From Antedon mediterranea (Eukaryota > Animalia > Echinodermata): a DNA stretch of 64,000 nt. The number at the start of each line of letters is the position of its first letter. The stretch's first letter is position 1. A model generated the notes under the pieces. That model did no database searches, was not told where the DNA came from, and worked only from the letters and a program-made list of their open reading frames with translations. The DNA lies in contig NC_092670.1 of the NCBI RefSeq assembly GCF_964355755.1, positions 35,576,388-35,640,387 on the forward strand. Reading direction: 5' to 3'. This document shows positions 22,118-35,973 of the stretch, one piece after another. Position numbers and translations under genes: made by a program.

Positions 22118-25038
22118 TTAAAATTTCTCTGGACATGTCATCTCGTTTTCAAAACGATGATAATCGTTAGCTTCCGATCTGTATATCACAACTTCTCTTG
22201 GCCTGCTGTAGCAACACGTACGGCAGCAGACGGCGATGCAAGAAGACAAGAGAAGCAGAAATCCTAGACTGCTTATAGCCCTGTGGAATCGAACGAAAAA
22301 TGGTTATACTCTATTTTACAAACCATGGCAAATCCTTCTCTATTAACAACCTCGAGTTAAAATCATTGAGTACGGTACAGCCTACAGTATATTCTTTCTT
22401 TTTGAAAATAAAAAATGCTGATAAGCAAGAGTATTAATTGCGTCACAGGTGCAAGCAATTTGTAATGCCCAGTTGTACTAATATAAATAACTTCACGTTC
22501 TGACGGCAAGAAAAAAATCCCGGCATACGTACCACAACCACCACACTGTATACCATAGCTGGTTGGCACAGCATAAGTCTGTACCGCAACAAAAATGATC
22601 ATCATCGCACCTTAAAGTATAAAGACATATTATATTTTAAGACTAATCTACAAAAAAATAACGTATATGACAATACTTTGTTTTACTGGGTGTCTTCATG
22701 ACCTGAACAGGATGCTCGAGCACACTATATTTTCCACCATTCCACCAAAGCAATCTTAACTCACCCGCCATGACATTTGTATTCGCAACATTGGTTTTCT
22801 CCACAGCAGTATTCGTTCCTAGGATCGCAACTAAAGGAAATGACAACAATAGAGTTGTCAGTATTACATAGTATGGTCAAGTGTGGAGAAACAAATAACC
22901 AAACATTATCATATGTGAAAATCAATGATACTGTAGATCTTATAACAACTTTCTGGTAGAGACTAACAGAGTGATTACAGTGCATGGAATATGATGGCAC
23001 AATACGTGTGAAGAGTGGGATGGGCGTAAGTCTCTTTCTCAACATGAATTAAACTGTTCCATTTTCCATGATTCCAGGAACACGGTTGAGATACAACAAA
23101 ATAACCCTAACCCCTGGGTTAAAGATATTGTCCCCTAAACAATGTTTTTTTCACATAATATTCATTCACTTTGACCAAAAACTGGATAAAAAAAAATTGT
23201 TTACCTGAAAAAAATATAATGTAAAGCAAAAAATGTTCAAATTGGCTGCCAGCCAATGTTTTTTTGGTGGAATTTAAACCATTTATTTTGTCATTTTATA
23301 AGTGAAACATTATTTGTTTCCGTTTTTTCTACGGAAGTCTATTAAAACTACAAAAAAAACTATTAAAAGTCTGAATTAACTAATCTTCATTTTTTCATGT
23401 TTTTGGGGGACAATATATCTTTAATGTTTAAATGTATAATATCCTTACTACGAAGAATGACATTCGTGGTCACAACATCTCTCGTTACCGCAACAATATT
23501 CGTCAATTGCACAACTGTTGAAAAAGAAACAGCATATAAGTTTATACCATCGTACACTCCACAAGCAAAGTGAATTATAACATAACAATGTGTACCACTG
23601 TGTCCTTAAACATTCAAAGTAATACATTATTAGTTTATAGCCTATACATCACAAGTACTTCCTTTTAACGAAGGATGTGTTATATAAATGTTGGTAGTTT
23701 TCAAAGTAATAGAAGTGTTTTAGGATGAATGTATATTGTTTCTATGGGGTAATTAAAAAGTGAATGTTGGTCAAAGCAGACACTTTATCAAAGTTGTTTT
23801 ATTTTACTTTTATTTCTGTAGACCAACGGGTATATCTAATAGTGGAACAACAAAAATGTAAAATAGGCTAATTTCTAATTGACAACCAATGAGAATTCAG
23901 AGTGTTTTTAGTTATTTACTAAGATGCATACTAGCACACTTCATTGTTAGCCTTTCAATAGTTTAATACTTTTCAATCTTCCCACTCATCCCCCGGTACC
24001 ACCCAACACCTAACTTCAAACAGGCGCTACTCATATGGTACTAATTTTATTCGCTCATTTGGCTGGTATAATTCTGGGGAATTATTTTGCCCCCAAATTC
24101 TACAATTACCCAACGGATGTCACTTACATCTTTACCGATATACTTAATAACAACCATTTGATTTACTGACTCCTGTCTGGACCTTTAATACAGCGATGTC
24201 ATATGAGTGGTGGCCTCCAAGAGGCCAAACTGTAGTTTATTAATCTTTAGTATTAATTATTTAGCATTGCTTGTACAGTATCAGTAGAAATAAATAGTAT
24301 GTATTGTTAAAAATGTCTGAATAAACTGGGGAAGCTTAACTTACTTTTGTTGTGTAAATTGTAAATGTACGGTTATGTTTTTCTTAGACTTTTTTAAATA
24401 AATGTGAATTAAATGAAAGTACTTACTTTGTTGAAGAACAATCTGTTAAGCAGCACTCGTGAGGTCCACAGCAAAACTCTGCAGGACCACATCTAGAATA
24501 ATAATAAATGATTATTTACAATCATTAGGCCTAAGATAAGAGATAAGCGTTTATAAACAATTCCATCTCTGATTATTTTTCATAATTAATTTCTTTTTAG
24601 TATGTAATACTTACTCATGTTCAAAACATTGAGACTGAAATAAAAAGAATGTAATATTTTAGTTTTTAAATCAAGTAACAACAGGCGGATCCAAGGGGCA
24701 GCCGCCTCTTTCCCTAAATTTCATCACTTCATTTTTACACCTTTTGAACATAGGCCTATTTAGTTCTAGATACATTCCTAACTTTCACATATAATTGAAT
24801 AGGCCTATTTTATTTACCAGTTAGAATGTTATTATAAGATTTAGGTTACATTTGTGAAAATCATTCATGTCAAAGAAACACCGGTAAACTAAATGTATGA
24901 TCCTGAATCTGAAGTAATAAACAGCAAATACATGTAGGAAACCACTTATGAAACCAATGTACTTACACTTGAGGAATAGTGGGAATAAGCCACGGGCAGG
25001 ATACAACAGAGTACTATGAATATGAGTTGTTTCTCCAT
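22118..25038 (-). CDS. Cys-rich type I membrane protein, WBP1/VOPP1/Shisa-like with four tandem Cys modules (paralog B, 176 aa)
   Basis: Seven GT-AG exons in frame: 25038-24967, 24634-24615, 24492-24427, 23514-23449, 22830-22765, 22610-22533, 22280-22118. Protein: MEKQLIFIVLCCILPVAYSHYSSS-SQCFEHE-CGPAEFCCGPHECCLTDCSSTN-CAIDEYCCGNERCCDHECHSSY-CDPRNEYCCGENQCCEYKCHGG-CDDDHFCCGTDLCCANQLWYTVWWLW-AISSLGFLLLLSSCIAVCCRTCCYSRPREVVIYRSEANDYHRFENEMTCPEKF. Confidence 0.87.
23123..23420. mobile_element. Kolobok-like MITE with TTAA TSD
   Basis: TTAA|AGATATTGTCCCC ... GGGGACAATATATCT|TTAA. Purine-purine termini plus TTAA match the Kolobok pattern. Confidence 0.75.
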
Positions 25039-25193
25039 CTTGCTTGTTGTCATCGATTGAAATGTTCAGAGTCCACGGATATGAAATCAAGTTTGTTGAT
25101 AAGAGAGGATTATCACCTCGTTATCAAATCAGTTCATATTGGTTTAAGCATGTAGAAATCATTTAGATAATTCTTCTATAGTTTAAGTATATG

Positions 25194-25546
25194 AAAAGAA
25201 TATGGTATGCCAGCGTACGTAACGCGACCAAAGAATACGGTATACCAGCTGTGTACGTAATGCGATCAAAGACTACGGTATGCCAACAAACGCAACACGA
25301 CCAAAGAATACGGTATACTAGCGTACTTAACGCGACCAAATAATATGGTATACCAACGTACGTAACGCGACCAAAGACTACGGCATGCCAGCGTACGTAA
25401 CGCGACCAAAGAATACGCTATGCCAGCGTACGTAACGCGACCAAAGAATAGGGTCATGCCAGCGTACTTAAGTTAACGTGACCAAAGAATATGGTATGTC
25501 AGCGTACGTAACGCGACCAAAGAATACGCTATGCCAGCGTACGTAA
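25194..25546. repeat. ~30-bp minisatellite (~11 copies)
   Basis: Unit GCCAGCGTACGTAACGCGACCAAAGAATACGGTAT and variants. Confidence 0.9.
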
Positions 25547-28438
25547 TAGACTAGTCCAGATTTGAGAAAAATGAAATGCTGTAGGCATTTTGTGTTAAAA
25601 GCAGATAAACATGTGTTTTAGGGTAATTTTGGGGTGCTGAATTCAAATTTGCTGTTTACCCGGCTCAATTTTTAGATCTTCACCCTTAAAATGTGAAAAA
25701 CAAAATGGCCACCATTTCAGACTTATTTTGGCTTATAACTTGACTTTTAAGTGACGTAGCAAGTTAAAAATGGTGTCTATACATATGTTTGTGATAGTGA
25801 AGATTCCAACTATATTGTTATTAAAGTTGAAAATATTCTATTTCAGCCGCCATGTTGAAATCCAAGATGGCCGCCATTTTAAACGTATTTTGGCTTATAA
25901 CTTGACTTTTAATTAACATAGCAAGTTAAAAATAGTTTCTATACCTATGTTTGTGATACTGAGGATTCCAAATATATTGTTGTTGCAGTTGTAAATATTC
26001 TATTTCAACCTCCATGTTGGAATTCAAGATGGCCGCCATCATTTTAAACGTATTTTGGCTTATAACTTGACTTTTGATTAACATAGCAAGTTAAAAATGG
26101 TTTCTACCTATAGTCCAGTAACAGTATGGTTGAACCTAGAACAAATTGCAACATAATTTGTTTTTGTTTTGTCTGGTTGATATGGTCCAAATTAACATCA
26201 TATCCAAAGTTTACCAAAATCGGACATCGTGAAGTGGGTTCATTAGCATAAATTAAAAATGGCCGAACGGTTGGTTTTACTTATAGACCACCTACTGTAA
26301 GTGAATTACTATTAATTATTATTAATCAGATGTCTTGTTAATTTTGGACTGAACCAAAGATGCATGTTTCGAATTCATTCATAATTCATATCTTTGTTTC
26401 TTTGCAAGTACAGATCGTTTCTCATTCGAAATGCCATTGAAGATGTTGCCATGCTCCCCAGTGTTTTCTTTAACTACAGATTTTCCAATATATTGCTTCT
26501 TTTGTCTTAAAATATTTTTTTAATAATGGCAAAATAATAGTAGGCCCCTAATAGATTTAATGCTCCATCTGCATTCAAAGTTTCGATTCCATTTCCTGAA
26601 ATTTTTTGCCAAGTAGTTAAGTTAAATACTGCTTGTTGTAGATATTTAAATACTGTAATTAAGTACCAATTATCAATTTATTTACCATTTCAAATTCATA
26701 AAGATTTATAACAAATGCTGGTGTGGATGACATAAGAACAAAGCTTGTTTACCGGTCACCGGTAGTGATGGCAAGTTAGAAAATTACCCAAACCCTTTGA
26801 ATATGCAGTATCTTTAACTGATGGTTCTTCATCCTTGTTGGCACAATATAATGTCCTTTATGCTCGATGAATCTTGGAAACAGCATTATAATATAAGCCA
26901 AAAAATTTGTTGACTTGGTCACCAAACAGGTAAAATTCTGGCAATGAAATAGCAACTTTGATTGCAGATGAAGATGCTCACTTGTTATACCAAAAACTGC
27001 AATATGACATTATTTATTTCATGTGTCATTTCAATTTTGGATGTTTCCATACACGTGTGATCCAATAGACTGGGGTAATAATGTTTCACAACATTAGGCG
27101 CTATATAAATCCACGATATTATTGTATGAAAACTATTAATTTGATATCTAATTATTATACTATAAATTAAATTTATATTTATGTGTGTAGGCCTACATAT
27201 TACCACTAATTGCAAAGCATATATAGCTTAATGTTTATTGCGTAATAATTGTTTAATGGGCTAGGCCGGGTAGCGGCGGCCGGGTATGTGCAGGTGTTCA
27301 CAGGTCCCCAGGGCACAGAGAACTACATGCACAACAATCCTAGGATATGCGCAAAAGCAAGGCAAGTCAGAAATTTATGCGAGGCATCGTTTTACCATCA
27401 TCAAAAAATGCGAGGCATCATTTTATTATTTCCCAAAATTTAGGATCGATTATTATTCTTTGAAAACAGAACAGTATCAGCAATAACATATTACAGCATT
27501 TTTATTGACAAATTAACAAATATATTGAGATTAAACGTGTTTTTCACCAATAAATGCATGAGAAATTGACGCATTCCACTTTGTTTTAGTCCTCTATTAT
27601 CATTTTGGCCGTGAAGCTAGTTAATTCTATTTCCTTATTCTGAATTGAAGGCATTATATATAATACTGTAGATGAAAAAACCTCAAAACGAAACCTCTAC
27701 TTCCTCTGGTATCCAGTATCATTTACTACTATGGCTAATGCTATCATCTTACACTATTGATAATTTTATAAATTACAGTACCTTTTTTTTGTAAGCATTT
27801 TGTACTGTACTTTTATAAGTGTTACCCCAAATGTCACAACAATCATTAATATATGGTAATATCAATGCATAAATAAAATAAATTATACACTACTTTTCAT
27901 CAGTTTTCTCAATTTATATATTATTATTATTATACTGATTTCTTTATCAATTATTGTTTGTATACATTTAACATGTTTGTTTTTTTACCAATTTTACAAT
28001 CTATTTCTATTCCAAGAAATGTTTTGATATAAATACGTTGTTGTTGTATTGAATTGATTCTGTGAAGTCTTTTTGACCAACTCTTTCATTATCATTATGA
28101 ACAAACAATTTGAACATTGTAGTCAACTTATACCAGCCACGATATGACTTGAATGAAAAAAACAATCGTTACATAAAAATAAACAACATAGCATGATGAG
28201 TGTATATACGAATCTATTTCGATACGCTAGGCCTATTTTAAAAATATAAATAATTGATTATTAGGCCTATAATATTGCATAATAGCACGTTAAGAAATGC
28301 CTCGCACCTTTTTGAAATTGTAAACTATATGCCTCGCACCTTTTTGAAATTGTAAACTATATGCCTCGCATGCCTCACACTTATATTTGGTGTGTCTCGA
28401 CGTTGCCTCACACAATCGAATTGGAACAATACAATGAA

Positions 28439-28511
28439 AACTCCAGTGGTCTAATGGTTAGGAGATCTGCATATCAAGCAGAAGGTTCCGGGTTTGAATC
28501 TCGGAGAGGGC
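28439..28511 (+). pseudogene. tRNA-derived sequence (SINE head or tRNA pseudogene)
   Basis: A box TGGTCTAATGG, stem TCTGC/GCAGA and T-arm CCGGG-TTTGAAT-CTCGG. The T loop and anticodon loop are non-canonical. Confidence 0.55.
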
Positions 28512-28582
28512 TTTTTCTCATTCTCACAGGTTTCGTCATTTTTATTTTCTCTAATTAATTAAATTTCATTATATCGGGAGGA

Positions 28583-28807
<225 letters not shown>

Positions 28808-29625
28808 TGGTATACGTTGTGTTGTTTTTGTATTTAACATTACGGAATGAACTATTGTGTGCGTTATATCTGCATTTAAATGTGTTTTCGGTTAGTCCGA
28901 CATATGTTTCAACTTTATCATCATCATTTGTTGTTACTGTAGCCTGATAAACAACACCACTGGTTAGGCATTTCCCATCTAATGGGCATTCATTTCGACA
29001 GTTGCATTGCTTGATGTTATCACAGGGCATATCATTACGTAATACATTTTTGTTGTGGGCCGATATTACAGACCCTATATTAGGCATACAACTATAGCTG
29101 ATTTTAATGGTGTTTCTATTAAATATTTTTCTGGTGGTATTGGTCGGGTTGTACTTCAGATTGTGGTCGTATCCACTTTCATACAAGGCTTCTTGGTACG
29201 GTTTCTTTGATTCATTGAAAACAGTTTCATTCGAAGAAATGTTTGATAATCTTTTGTTTATGCCTTCAGGGATGTTCTTAATTATTGATGCTGGATGATT
29301 ACTTTTGCAATGAACATAGCGTGGTTTGTTGTTTTCCTTTAAATAAGGCTTATAGCTTCCATCGTTGAGATTAAGCGTTACATCTAGGTAGTTTATAATT
29401 TTCTTATTCGCTTCGATCGTTATCTTTAGATTATGTTCTTTGAATGTGCTGCAGAGATCTTTTTTTATTTTTTCAATAACATGAGGAGTTTCATTAAATG
29501 CCGCGAGTCCGTCATCCCTGTACAATCCTATGTTATTACCGTACTTGGGCTCCAGTTTGGCTAGCAGAAACAGACCAATTAACTCGCATGTTTCAGCACC
29601 GTCGTAGCTACGAGCTATATAGGTC
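28808..29625 (-). mobile_element. Penelope-like retroelement fragment (RT C-terminal half plus GIY-YIG endonuclease)
   Basis: ORF shows [47 protein letters not shown] and VYQA..YVGLT..FK.RY..H. It is truncated at both ends by (TA)n. Confidence 0.88.
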
Positions 29626-29673
29626 TTATATATATATATATAAATCAATGATGTTGCGTAGCACTGTGTAAAT

Positions 29674-29744
29674 TATATATAAATCATACTGTAAATTATA
29701 GAAACAGTGCTCATATGAGCACTGTTTCTATAATTTACAGTATG

Positions 29745-29755
<11 letters not shown>
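29674..29755. repeat. Perfect ~82-bp palindrome
   Basis: TATATATAAATCATACTGTAAATTATAGAAACAGTGCTCAT|ATGAGCACTGTTTCTATAATTTACAGTATGATTTATATATA. Confidence 0.92.
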
Positions 29756-29774
<19 letters not shown>

Positions 29775-29775
<1 letters not shown>

Positions 29776-30500
29776 CTCTTTTGTGGCGCAAACACTACTA
29801 TAAATGGTCCAATGATGTGTCCGGTCTTTGTACTTTATGTGGGAATGGTGAAATTGAAGACATTAAACATTTTTTATTAAACTGTAAAGCATTTGATAAT
29901 ATTAGAATGAAAGAATTATCCAATTTACAAAATAATCTTGTACTCTGTAATGATTATGACACATGGAATCGTTACACAACAGCAAGTGCTGATGATAAAT
30001 TACAGTATATTTTAGGTGGAGATTCTATCGCGATTTGTAAAGAATCTGAGACCTTTTTTGATTTGTTTTGTAAACAATACACAAGAGCTGCATGGGAGAA
30101 ACGGTCAGAACTTAAATCTCCCAATATATAGATTGTTTTTCTTTTGTATTGTTGCTTTTATATATGATTTGTAAATATTATACACCTGTGATAACAACTA
30201 TAGGTCCTCAGTACCTGATGTTGAAACACAATGGTTTGTATTGTAAACTCTTTACTATATTTTATGTTTATTTTTATATACCTTTTTATCAACTCAAACC
30301 TATGATACTGTCGGACAATTTAATACAGTACCTATATTACCATGTTGGTAATGATTTATCTTTTATATTTTTACAAATAGTTTAAGAACCTGTATCCGTC
30401 ATATAATGTATTGTTTTGATGTATTATGTTAAATTGGATGCACCACTTCTGTGTGTGCCACCGATGCAAAGGTGTCATTTCCTAATAAATTATTATTATT
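29775..30500 (+). mobile_element. LINE 3' fragment with C-terminal zinc knuckle and (TTA)n tail
   Basis: CTLC..EDIKHFLLNC (CCHC) ORF end, stop at 30131, 3' UTR ending AATAAATTATTATTATT. Confidence 0.7.
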
Positions 30501-30794
30501 ACTACTTTTATTCACATTCCTATTATCTCATGTCATTAAATCATATTATTTAACACATTTTTGTTAATTCCAAATGTCATCAGTAACATTTTTACATTTA
30601 TGAATTCCGTATTACCTCCTTTTTTCATTAATGTTCTTATCTTTTTCTAAACACTTGACAATGATCATCATTATCATCTATCTCGTTTTAAAATATTTTA
30701 CACATAAAGAACAATCCCTTTTTGAGTTTTTCATTTTCATTTGTTTGTTTGCCTCGCACTTTGTTACTACCCTGTGTGTGTGTGTGTGTTTAAA

Positions 30795-32190
30795 ATAGGC
30801 GCCATCTTTGATTTCAACATGGCGGCTGTTTACAACTTTAATAACAATATATTTGGAATCCTCAGTATCACAAACATAGGTACTGTATAGACATCATTTC
30901 TAACCTACTATGTTACTTAATGTTAAGTTATAAGCCAAAATACGTTTTAAATGGCGACCATCTTGAATTTCAACATGGCGACTGAAATAGAATATTTACA
31001 ACTTTAATAACAATATATTTGGAATCCTCAGTATCACAAACATAGGTACTGTATAGACATCATTTCTAACCTACTATGTCACTTATATGTTAAGTTATAA
31101 GCCAAAATACGTTTTAAATGGCGACCATCTTGAATTCCAACATGGCGACTGAAATAGAATATTTACAACTTTAATAACAATATATTTGGAATCCTCAGTA
31201 TCACAAACATAGGTACTGTATAGACATCATTTCTAACCTACTATGTCACTTATATGTTAAGTTATAAGCCAAAATACGTTTTAAATGGCGACCATCTTGA
31301 ATTCCAACATGTCGACTGAAATAGAATATTTACAACTTTAATAACAATATATTTGGAATCCTCAGTATCACAAACATACTGGTACTGGTACTGGTTCAAA
31401 TAACCGTCTCACAGAGACATCTGGTAGCCATTGACTTGAAGTTGGCATTTGGATGTGTTACTTTTAAATGTAGGCTTACAGTATGAGAGTGACTACTACC
31501 AAATTACACAGTCACAAAACAACTTATAAAACAGTTCATATATACAGTTAAAACATTGCTGGGAATTATAAATTTCTGTTGAAGCAGGCTCTAATGAAGT
31601 TGCATAGGTACTGTATAGACATCATTTCTAACCTACTATGTCACTTATATGTTAAGTTATAAGCCAAAATACGTTTTAAATGGCGACCATCTTGAATTTC
31701 AACATGGCGACTGAAATAGAATATTTACAACTTTAATAACAATATATTTGGAATCCTCAGTATCACAAACATAGGTATAGAAACTATTTTTAACTTGCTA
31801 TGTTAATTAAAAGTCAAGTTATAAGCCAAAATACGTTTAAAATGGCGGCCATAAGTAAGTAATATTTATTGCTTTCCAAATACAGTACAAATAAATAAAA
31901 CAGAATAATGTAAATGAAATAAAAAGAGAAACATAAAAATATAAAAATACAAGACTAGACAAGAAAATAAGCATGGAAAGCAGGGGATGGCCCTTTAAGC
32001 CCAGAGGCTTGTTTCCAAAGGGGTCCCATCTTGGATTTCAACATGGCGGCTGAAATAGAATATTTGCAACTTTAATAACAATATAGTTGGAATCTTCACT
32101 ATCACAAACATAGGTATAGACACCATTTTTAACTTGCTACGTCACTTAAAAGTCAAGTTATAAGCCAAAATAAGTCTGAAATGGCGGCCA
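30795..32190. repeat. ~167-bp tandem array of the right arm, interrupted by two retroposon tails (~31380-31602 and ~31852-32024)
   Basis: Unit AAATGGCGACCATCTTGAATTTCAACATGGCGACTGAAATAG...ATAAGCCAAAATACGTTT, about 6 copies. The inserts end in (CCAGTA)n and (TTAC)n tails on the minus strand. Confidence 0.85.
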
Positions 32191-32501
32191 TTTTGTTTTT
32201 CACATTTTAAGGGTGAAGATCTAAAAATTGAGCCAGGTAAACAGCAAATTTGAATTCAGCACCCCAAAATTACCCTAATAAAAAAAATGTATTCGCTTTT
32301 AACACGAAATGCCTACAGCATCTTATTAGAGTGGACATATGACTATCTGGACTAGTCTATAAAGCGAGCAATTAAACACATATCAACACAGATATATGCA
32401 TTATGGTTTATCAGCAGAGGATTTAATCATTATTTCTAAATAATTCCTCCTTGTTAATCGGGTAACTAACTAAACTCAACAAAGGGGCACATCATCCCAT
32501 C

Positions 32502-32613
32502 ATAGACGGTACCGACATGGCACTTTTTTAGTAGTGATATAGACGGTACCGACATGGCACTTTTTTAGTAGTGATATAGACGGTACCGACATGGCACTTT
32601 TTTAGTAGTGATA
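32502..32613. repeat. ~37-bp tandem repeat x3
   Basis: ATAGACGGTACCGACATGGCACTTTTTTAGTAGTGAT repeated three times. Confidence 0.9.
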
Positions 32614-32853
32614 CATCATAACATACATACTATCAAACCATTTTAGTAAAATTCGACCAATCATTAACAACATATTAAAGGCCATCAAAGGGTAATAGTA
32701 ATGTTGACGAAGTTCTCACGATCATAAATATTTTCCGAGATTTACATTTTAAAAGATGTTGGTTCTGCTTGGCTGCTTCTGAATCTGAATGCATGACTAA
32801 TGATCTCTAATTTTAACTAAAATTTAAAACTCGACCGGTACAACAACAGCAGA

Positions 32854-35778
32854 ATGGTAAGTTTATACACAAAACAAACTATAGTTATGCCTTTTTCGAA
32901 TCGATGTTATAAGCATAGATTATGACTCACTCTAGTTCTGAGTTGAACAAAGTGACAGTTAGGTTTAATGAAAACACTACGACCATTATAGATTATTGTT
33001 TAAAAACAAATAATTAAGCCTAAATTCCAATGACGGGGACTCAGTACAATTCCACACGTGTTTTCTTCAAAGACGAACATTAGGCCAACTGGTTCTATGG
33101 GCGAGTTCAGGCTTAGCAATTTACACGGATAAGTTGGTTACTGTCCATCAATAGCGATAATGCTAAAGCTTAGTAAATTAACTAAACTTGAACGTGTCCT
33201 AAAAAGTCTGTACACCTTAACTCGATGATCGATTGACGAGAAGGCATTTATTTATTAGAACTTGGCAGCAGACTTCCCCAAAAGGAATCACACAGAATAG
33301 GAATCTCTTGTTAAAAAATGTAATTTTCTAATATTTAGTAAATTATTATTACATAAAAATAATGTTATGTTGCAGGTTGTCAATCGTGGCCGATGCTGTG
33401 TTGCAAATTCATTAAAATCAGTAATAGTGTTTCTTCTTTTGTGGGGAATAATATTAGGCATCTATGAATTGTCTTCGATAAAAAGCAATCACATCAAAGT
33501 TAAAGATGTGTGCATAACTTGTCGAAGTATGAGTAGGTGAGTTTGAAGTTTAACAGGTCATAGATACAGTAGTTTCCCTTTTAGTTTAATATTTGTTTAA
33601 ATTATATTGAATATATTTATATTAAACATAATTGTTGTACAATCTTTAATATGTCTAAAGCTCTGTCTACACTATCAAACTATTTTGAAGAAAAAAAGTG
33701 TGATGTGGCCAAATAATGGTATTGACATGACATCATCATGTCCATGTATGGTTTGATAGTGTAGACAGAGCTAAAAAAGGAATGCATCACCACATCGTCG
33801 TATCAAGTCAACAGATAATTCTTTGTTTTCTCTTGTTAACTGACAATACCATATGATGTAAAACTATAACACGATTATTTTTCTTTTTAAAGCTCCGTCA
33901 AACTGAATGAGCTTCCAAAACTTAGGATGGCCTCGTCGAATCGACCATTATTACCGACAAACCGAAATGAATTCATCAATAGGCGTACATCGAAAAAGTC
34001 TAAATTGAGTAAGACTACCTTACACACAGATGCACACAACAGCCTCAACTCAGTATTTCGTAAGCAAATCAACGCTACAGCTGTATCACTTATGCGGTAG
34101 GCACATCTTTGATATAATAGCTTTTAAGTGTGTGAGGTGGTAACGATTGACTTGTTGATTATCTACCAATACAGTATAGTTCGGTCTTACCATTGCGATG
34201 GGGGTTTACCAACAATGAGGTATTGATATATCGGTGATTGGTGGTAGTGAATAGTTATGGTAGTGGTGTTGATTATGTAATTATTTTCGGTTCAAACCGA
34301 GACGACGCATTTTGATTGGAGGTTACTGGTGGTGTTGAAAATTACCCTAACGATGACAATTGTGGTGATGGCAGAGCGATTAGCCACGTATGGATATGCG
34401 ACAAAACCATTATTTGAATCATCAGCGTTTTCACGCACGTGGAAGATACGTGTTTAGAAAGTCTGCAGTACTAAACAATGTTTTTCTTTTTTTAGGCAAA
34501 AATTAATAACCAACGGCTTTTCGCCAAGGGATAGTGTACACATCTATAAAATAACCTACAGACGTGGAAAAGGCGTAGCCGGCGTATCGTTCCCGGAACA
34601 TTCCAAACACTGGACGCGACCAGATGGATCACCATGGTTGTCTGAAGCTGAAACATGTGCTGTTGTGGGAAACAGTGGGATATTGAAAGGAAGTAAATGC
34701 GGTAACGAAATAGACTCGCACGATTTGGTTTTTAGAACTAATATGTCGCCTATTGACGGTTTCGTTAAAGACGCCGGACGAAGAACGACTCTGAACACCG
34801 TGAACAGAGTGGCAGCTGACAAGATATTCAAGTGCTTGATAGTTAAACAGAGACAATGCCGCACGCCGGCTTTGGATTATGCGAGTAGCCACTTAACTGA
34901 TGCCATAATATGGATGCCTAAGATGAATACAAGAGCAAATCAGTATTACAGAAGAGCCATATCGGAGTTCCAGAAGTACTTCAGAGGATTCGTATTTGGA
35001 TATCCAAATAAAAACCTGGAATTACCTATACGCAAGTTAGTATAAATTCTCTTTAATACTCATACATAAACCGGATATGTCTATACTATCAAATGCTATG
35101 TGACAAAAAAATGCTATGTGCCCATGGACATTATGATGTCAAATCACTACTATATTTGTGCATATCACTATCCTATTTGGACACATCACACTTTTTTGTA
35201 CTGTTAAACTAGTTTGACAGCAGAGCTTTAAAAGAGACAATTTTTGTTTTGTCGTCTTACTAAACTGAAAGTTTACAATAAATTAGATTTAACTCGCACT
35301 TCGGCAATTGACGCAAGGCAGAGAGTTGTTGTTTTTTGATTTCTAATTAACAAATCTATAGAAAAACGACAGGATTGAAAACATTTTGGTAAGGTCTAAT
35401 AAAAAAAAATTAGTAATATGCTTATATGACCATCATTCACAATAAATCAAGCAACGATATAAAAAGGTATTTTTAGGTTTTCTGTAACCATATGATTTGT
35501 TTTTGTTTTCTATCAGGCTGTGGAACCTAACTGATGTGCCTACGTCGGGTCTCTATCTATATGCTATTGCAGGTACGGTGTGTAAAAAGATATCCTTGTA
35601 TGGGTTCTATCCGTTCACACATACAGAATCTGGACGAGCATTAACATATCACTATTTCGATGAAGAAACTATCGTGGACAGAATCATACCTCATAACATG
35701 ACAAGGGAGTATTTGGAGTTATTAAAACTAAACGAAGCAGGTGTCGTACGATTAGTTACTGATAATTGTAAACAATAG
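32854..35778 (+). CDS. GT29 sialyltransferase, alpha-2,8 (ST8Sia)-like, ~389 aa
   Basis: Exons 32854-32856 (ATG only), 33376-33536, 33893-34096, 34496-35035 and 35517-35778 are in frame. N-terminal type II TM; sialylmotifs L (CAVVGNSGIL..SKCG.EID..D.VFR.N), S (PTSGL..CKKISLYGFYPF), III (HYFD) and VS (HNMTRE); C-terminal Cys typical of ST8Sia. Confidence 0.9.
33656..33772. mobile_element. Short MITE (TIR AGCTCTGTCTACACTATCAAAC); family copies at ~35075-35230, 37122-37243 and 57817-58024
   Basis: Terminal inverted repeat pair and shared internal TGTGATGTG(G/C)CC(A)AATATGG motifs in four copies. Confidence 0.8.
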
Positions 35779-35829
35779 CCGGAATGATTGATTCCGCAAC
35801 GACGTCTGACGCAAGCGCAAGACCACTCT

Positions 35830-35973
35830 AGAGCTTGGTGCCCACTGGAAATGATGCAAGGACGCAAGACCAATCAAAACCGATGGATTATTCGAATTGT
35901 TGCTTGTGATTGGTCAATTTGATTTCGTTGCGGCTTACGCCCTTGCGTTGCGTCCAAATGGGAACCAAGCTTG
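35830..35973. mobile_element. MITE with AGCTTGGTTCCCA-type TIR; second copy at ~36306-36502
   Basis: AGCTTGGTGCCCACTGGA ... TCCAAATGGGAACCAAGCT, and TGGTTCCCACTAGCGACGC ... GCGTTGCTAGTGGGAACCA. Confidence 0.7.

Noticed and set aside
26340-27215. Transposase remnant within the second TIR element
   Set aside because: The composition looks like decayed coding sequence, but no recognisable motif or sustained frame is present, so it was left uncalled.
28439-28511. Functional tRNA gene
   Set aside because: The T loop reads TTTGAAT, the acceptor stem is poor and the anticodon loop is atypical, all within nested repeats.
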